Below are positions 62,916 to 64,000 of a DNA stretch of 64,000 nt, piece after piece (positions within the stretch are counted from its first letter, which is position 1; the number at the start of each line of letters is the position of its first letter). The stretch is from Antedon mediterranea. Its lineage: Eukaryota; Animalia; Echinodermata. The notes under the pieces were generated by a model, which saw only the letters and a program-made list of their open reading frames with translations, searched no databases and was not told where the DNA came from. The stretch lies in contig NC_092673.1 of the NCBI RefSeq assembly GCF_964355755.1, positions 22,255,648 through 22,319,647 on the forward strand. The letters run 5' to 3'. The translations under genes and the position numbers were made by a program.

Positions 62916-64000
62916 ATTTTAGTTTTGTTTTGACTTGTTACCCAACATGCAATTTTAAAAGATAATTTCTGAAGCAAACACAAATACAACAGTTTGGTTA
63001 TAAACGGTAACCACAAGTTATTATTCCATTTTATTCATTACAACTTTTCAACACAAGTAGGCCTACAACATGATCTACCTGAAATTAAAACAGCATTTAA
63101 AGTAGGAATAGGAACTAGAAACTAGTAACCCAACTTCACAGACATAGACGTCAGGATCTAATCACACAAGGTGAAACCAGGGAGTTGGTGAAACCAACTG
63201 TGATGCGCTACCGATGCATTTATTTGGTCAAATAAATTCTTTTCTGTACACTATAACATTTCAAAATAGATAACGCTTATTTTTATACTCAGTTAACCTG
63301 CTCTCATAGCATTTATTTGGTCAAATAAAATCAGAATGTCATTTCAGTAATCAGACACGCCCTTCTGTGAGTGATGGTAGGCATATATTCTATGCAAACC
63401 GGGTATGCAAACTCGTCGACCAGAAGACTTACTTAAAAGACTTCCCATAAACGTACTTACGATTAATGCTCTGTGTATACTTTACAATTGGAATTATGCC
63501 TCTATGGTGGGTTGCTTTTAAATACTGTACTACTATTGATTGTAGGCTCTTTTTATAATTCGTTAAAACTGCAACGCATGCGGTTTAATGTTCCTAGTAA
63601 TTTTATCTGATATGGAAAATCCCAGGACCCAATTGCATGTTGCTGCAGACTGTCTGCCATGCGGAATGTCTACCAGGCGGAGTTTTGTCCGCCGCGCCAC
63701 CGATACCTTGTAATTATTGTAACTACAGTGTTGTAGACCGTCAGTTACTCGTATTGTTATTACTTATACTAGTATTTGATAAACTGTGTATTTTTAAAAT
63801 TTTTCTCTCTTTTATTAATAAATTTTACAATTGGTTATAAAGTGAAATTGAAGAATTGGAAAATATTGGTAACAGAGGGCGCTATTTATACATTTATAAC
63901 AGAGCCATATATATAAAGAGTTACGACATTAAAAATTAGAAGCCATTTTTGTGTCAAAGAATTCGCACGCTGAAGGCGCGCGCGTCTATTTTGTATAGCG

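Larger units (their letters stand above)
57358..63145. mobile_element. Foldback/MULE-like transposon, copy 2 (one full arm, other arm reduced to ~40 bp), hosting a Gypsy element
   Basis: Same termini as copy 1; 9-bp TSD AGACGTCAG (57349-57357, 63146-63154); array at 57770-58650; 62916-63105 is the reverse complement of 54906-55088. Confidence 0.9.

Noticed and set aside
63600-64000. Possible promoter or first exon of the TRIM-NHL gene (GC-richer patch, CAGAGGGCGC)
   Set aside because: Plausible but not supportable without transcript data; the window ends here.

Overview
AT-rich, intron-containing animal genomic DNA; no prokaryotic features. A marine invertebrate deuterostome such as an echinoderm is my inference from gene content and repeat types. 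Five spliced protein genes were reconstructed by hand: SNAPC4 (+, 1635-14015), POLE3/CHRAC17 (+, 15358-17200, with a U12-type intron), RPL5 (-, 18603-23037), CCDC18-like (+, 24231-42230, head-to-head with RPL5) and a RING-less TRIM-NHL gene with a Gln-rich N-terminus (-, 44009-48263). Every one of the six RPL5 introns holds one copy of the same C/D snoRNA (SNORD65/snR77 family, 18S decoding-site guide). Region 48402-63145 is two Foldback/MULE-like elements with 9-bp TSDs and arms built from ~148-bp tandem repeats. They carry nested insertions: LINE > hAT5-like > Tc2-like > 35-bp hairpin, a Kolobok-like MITE, and an RT-deleted Gypsy LTR element. Introns hold minisatellites, Harbinger-like MITEs and an L2 fragment, and a 5S-derived SINE lies downstream of CCDC18. 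The least explained signal is TAGGCCTA/TAGGCTA/TAGCCTA tracts at gene 5' ends, plus two paralogous repeat pairs that differ by exactly a TA to TAGGCCTA indel. All coordinates are from manual reading; no searches were run.
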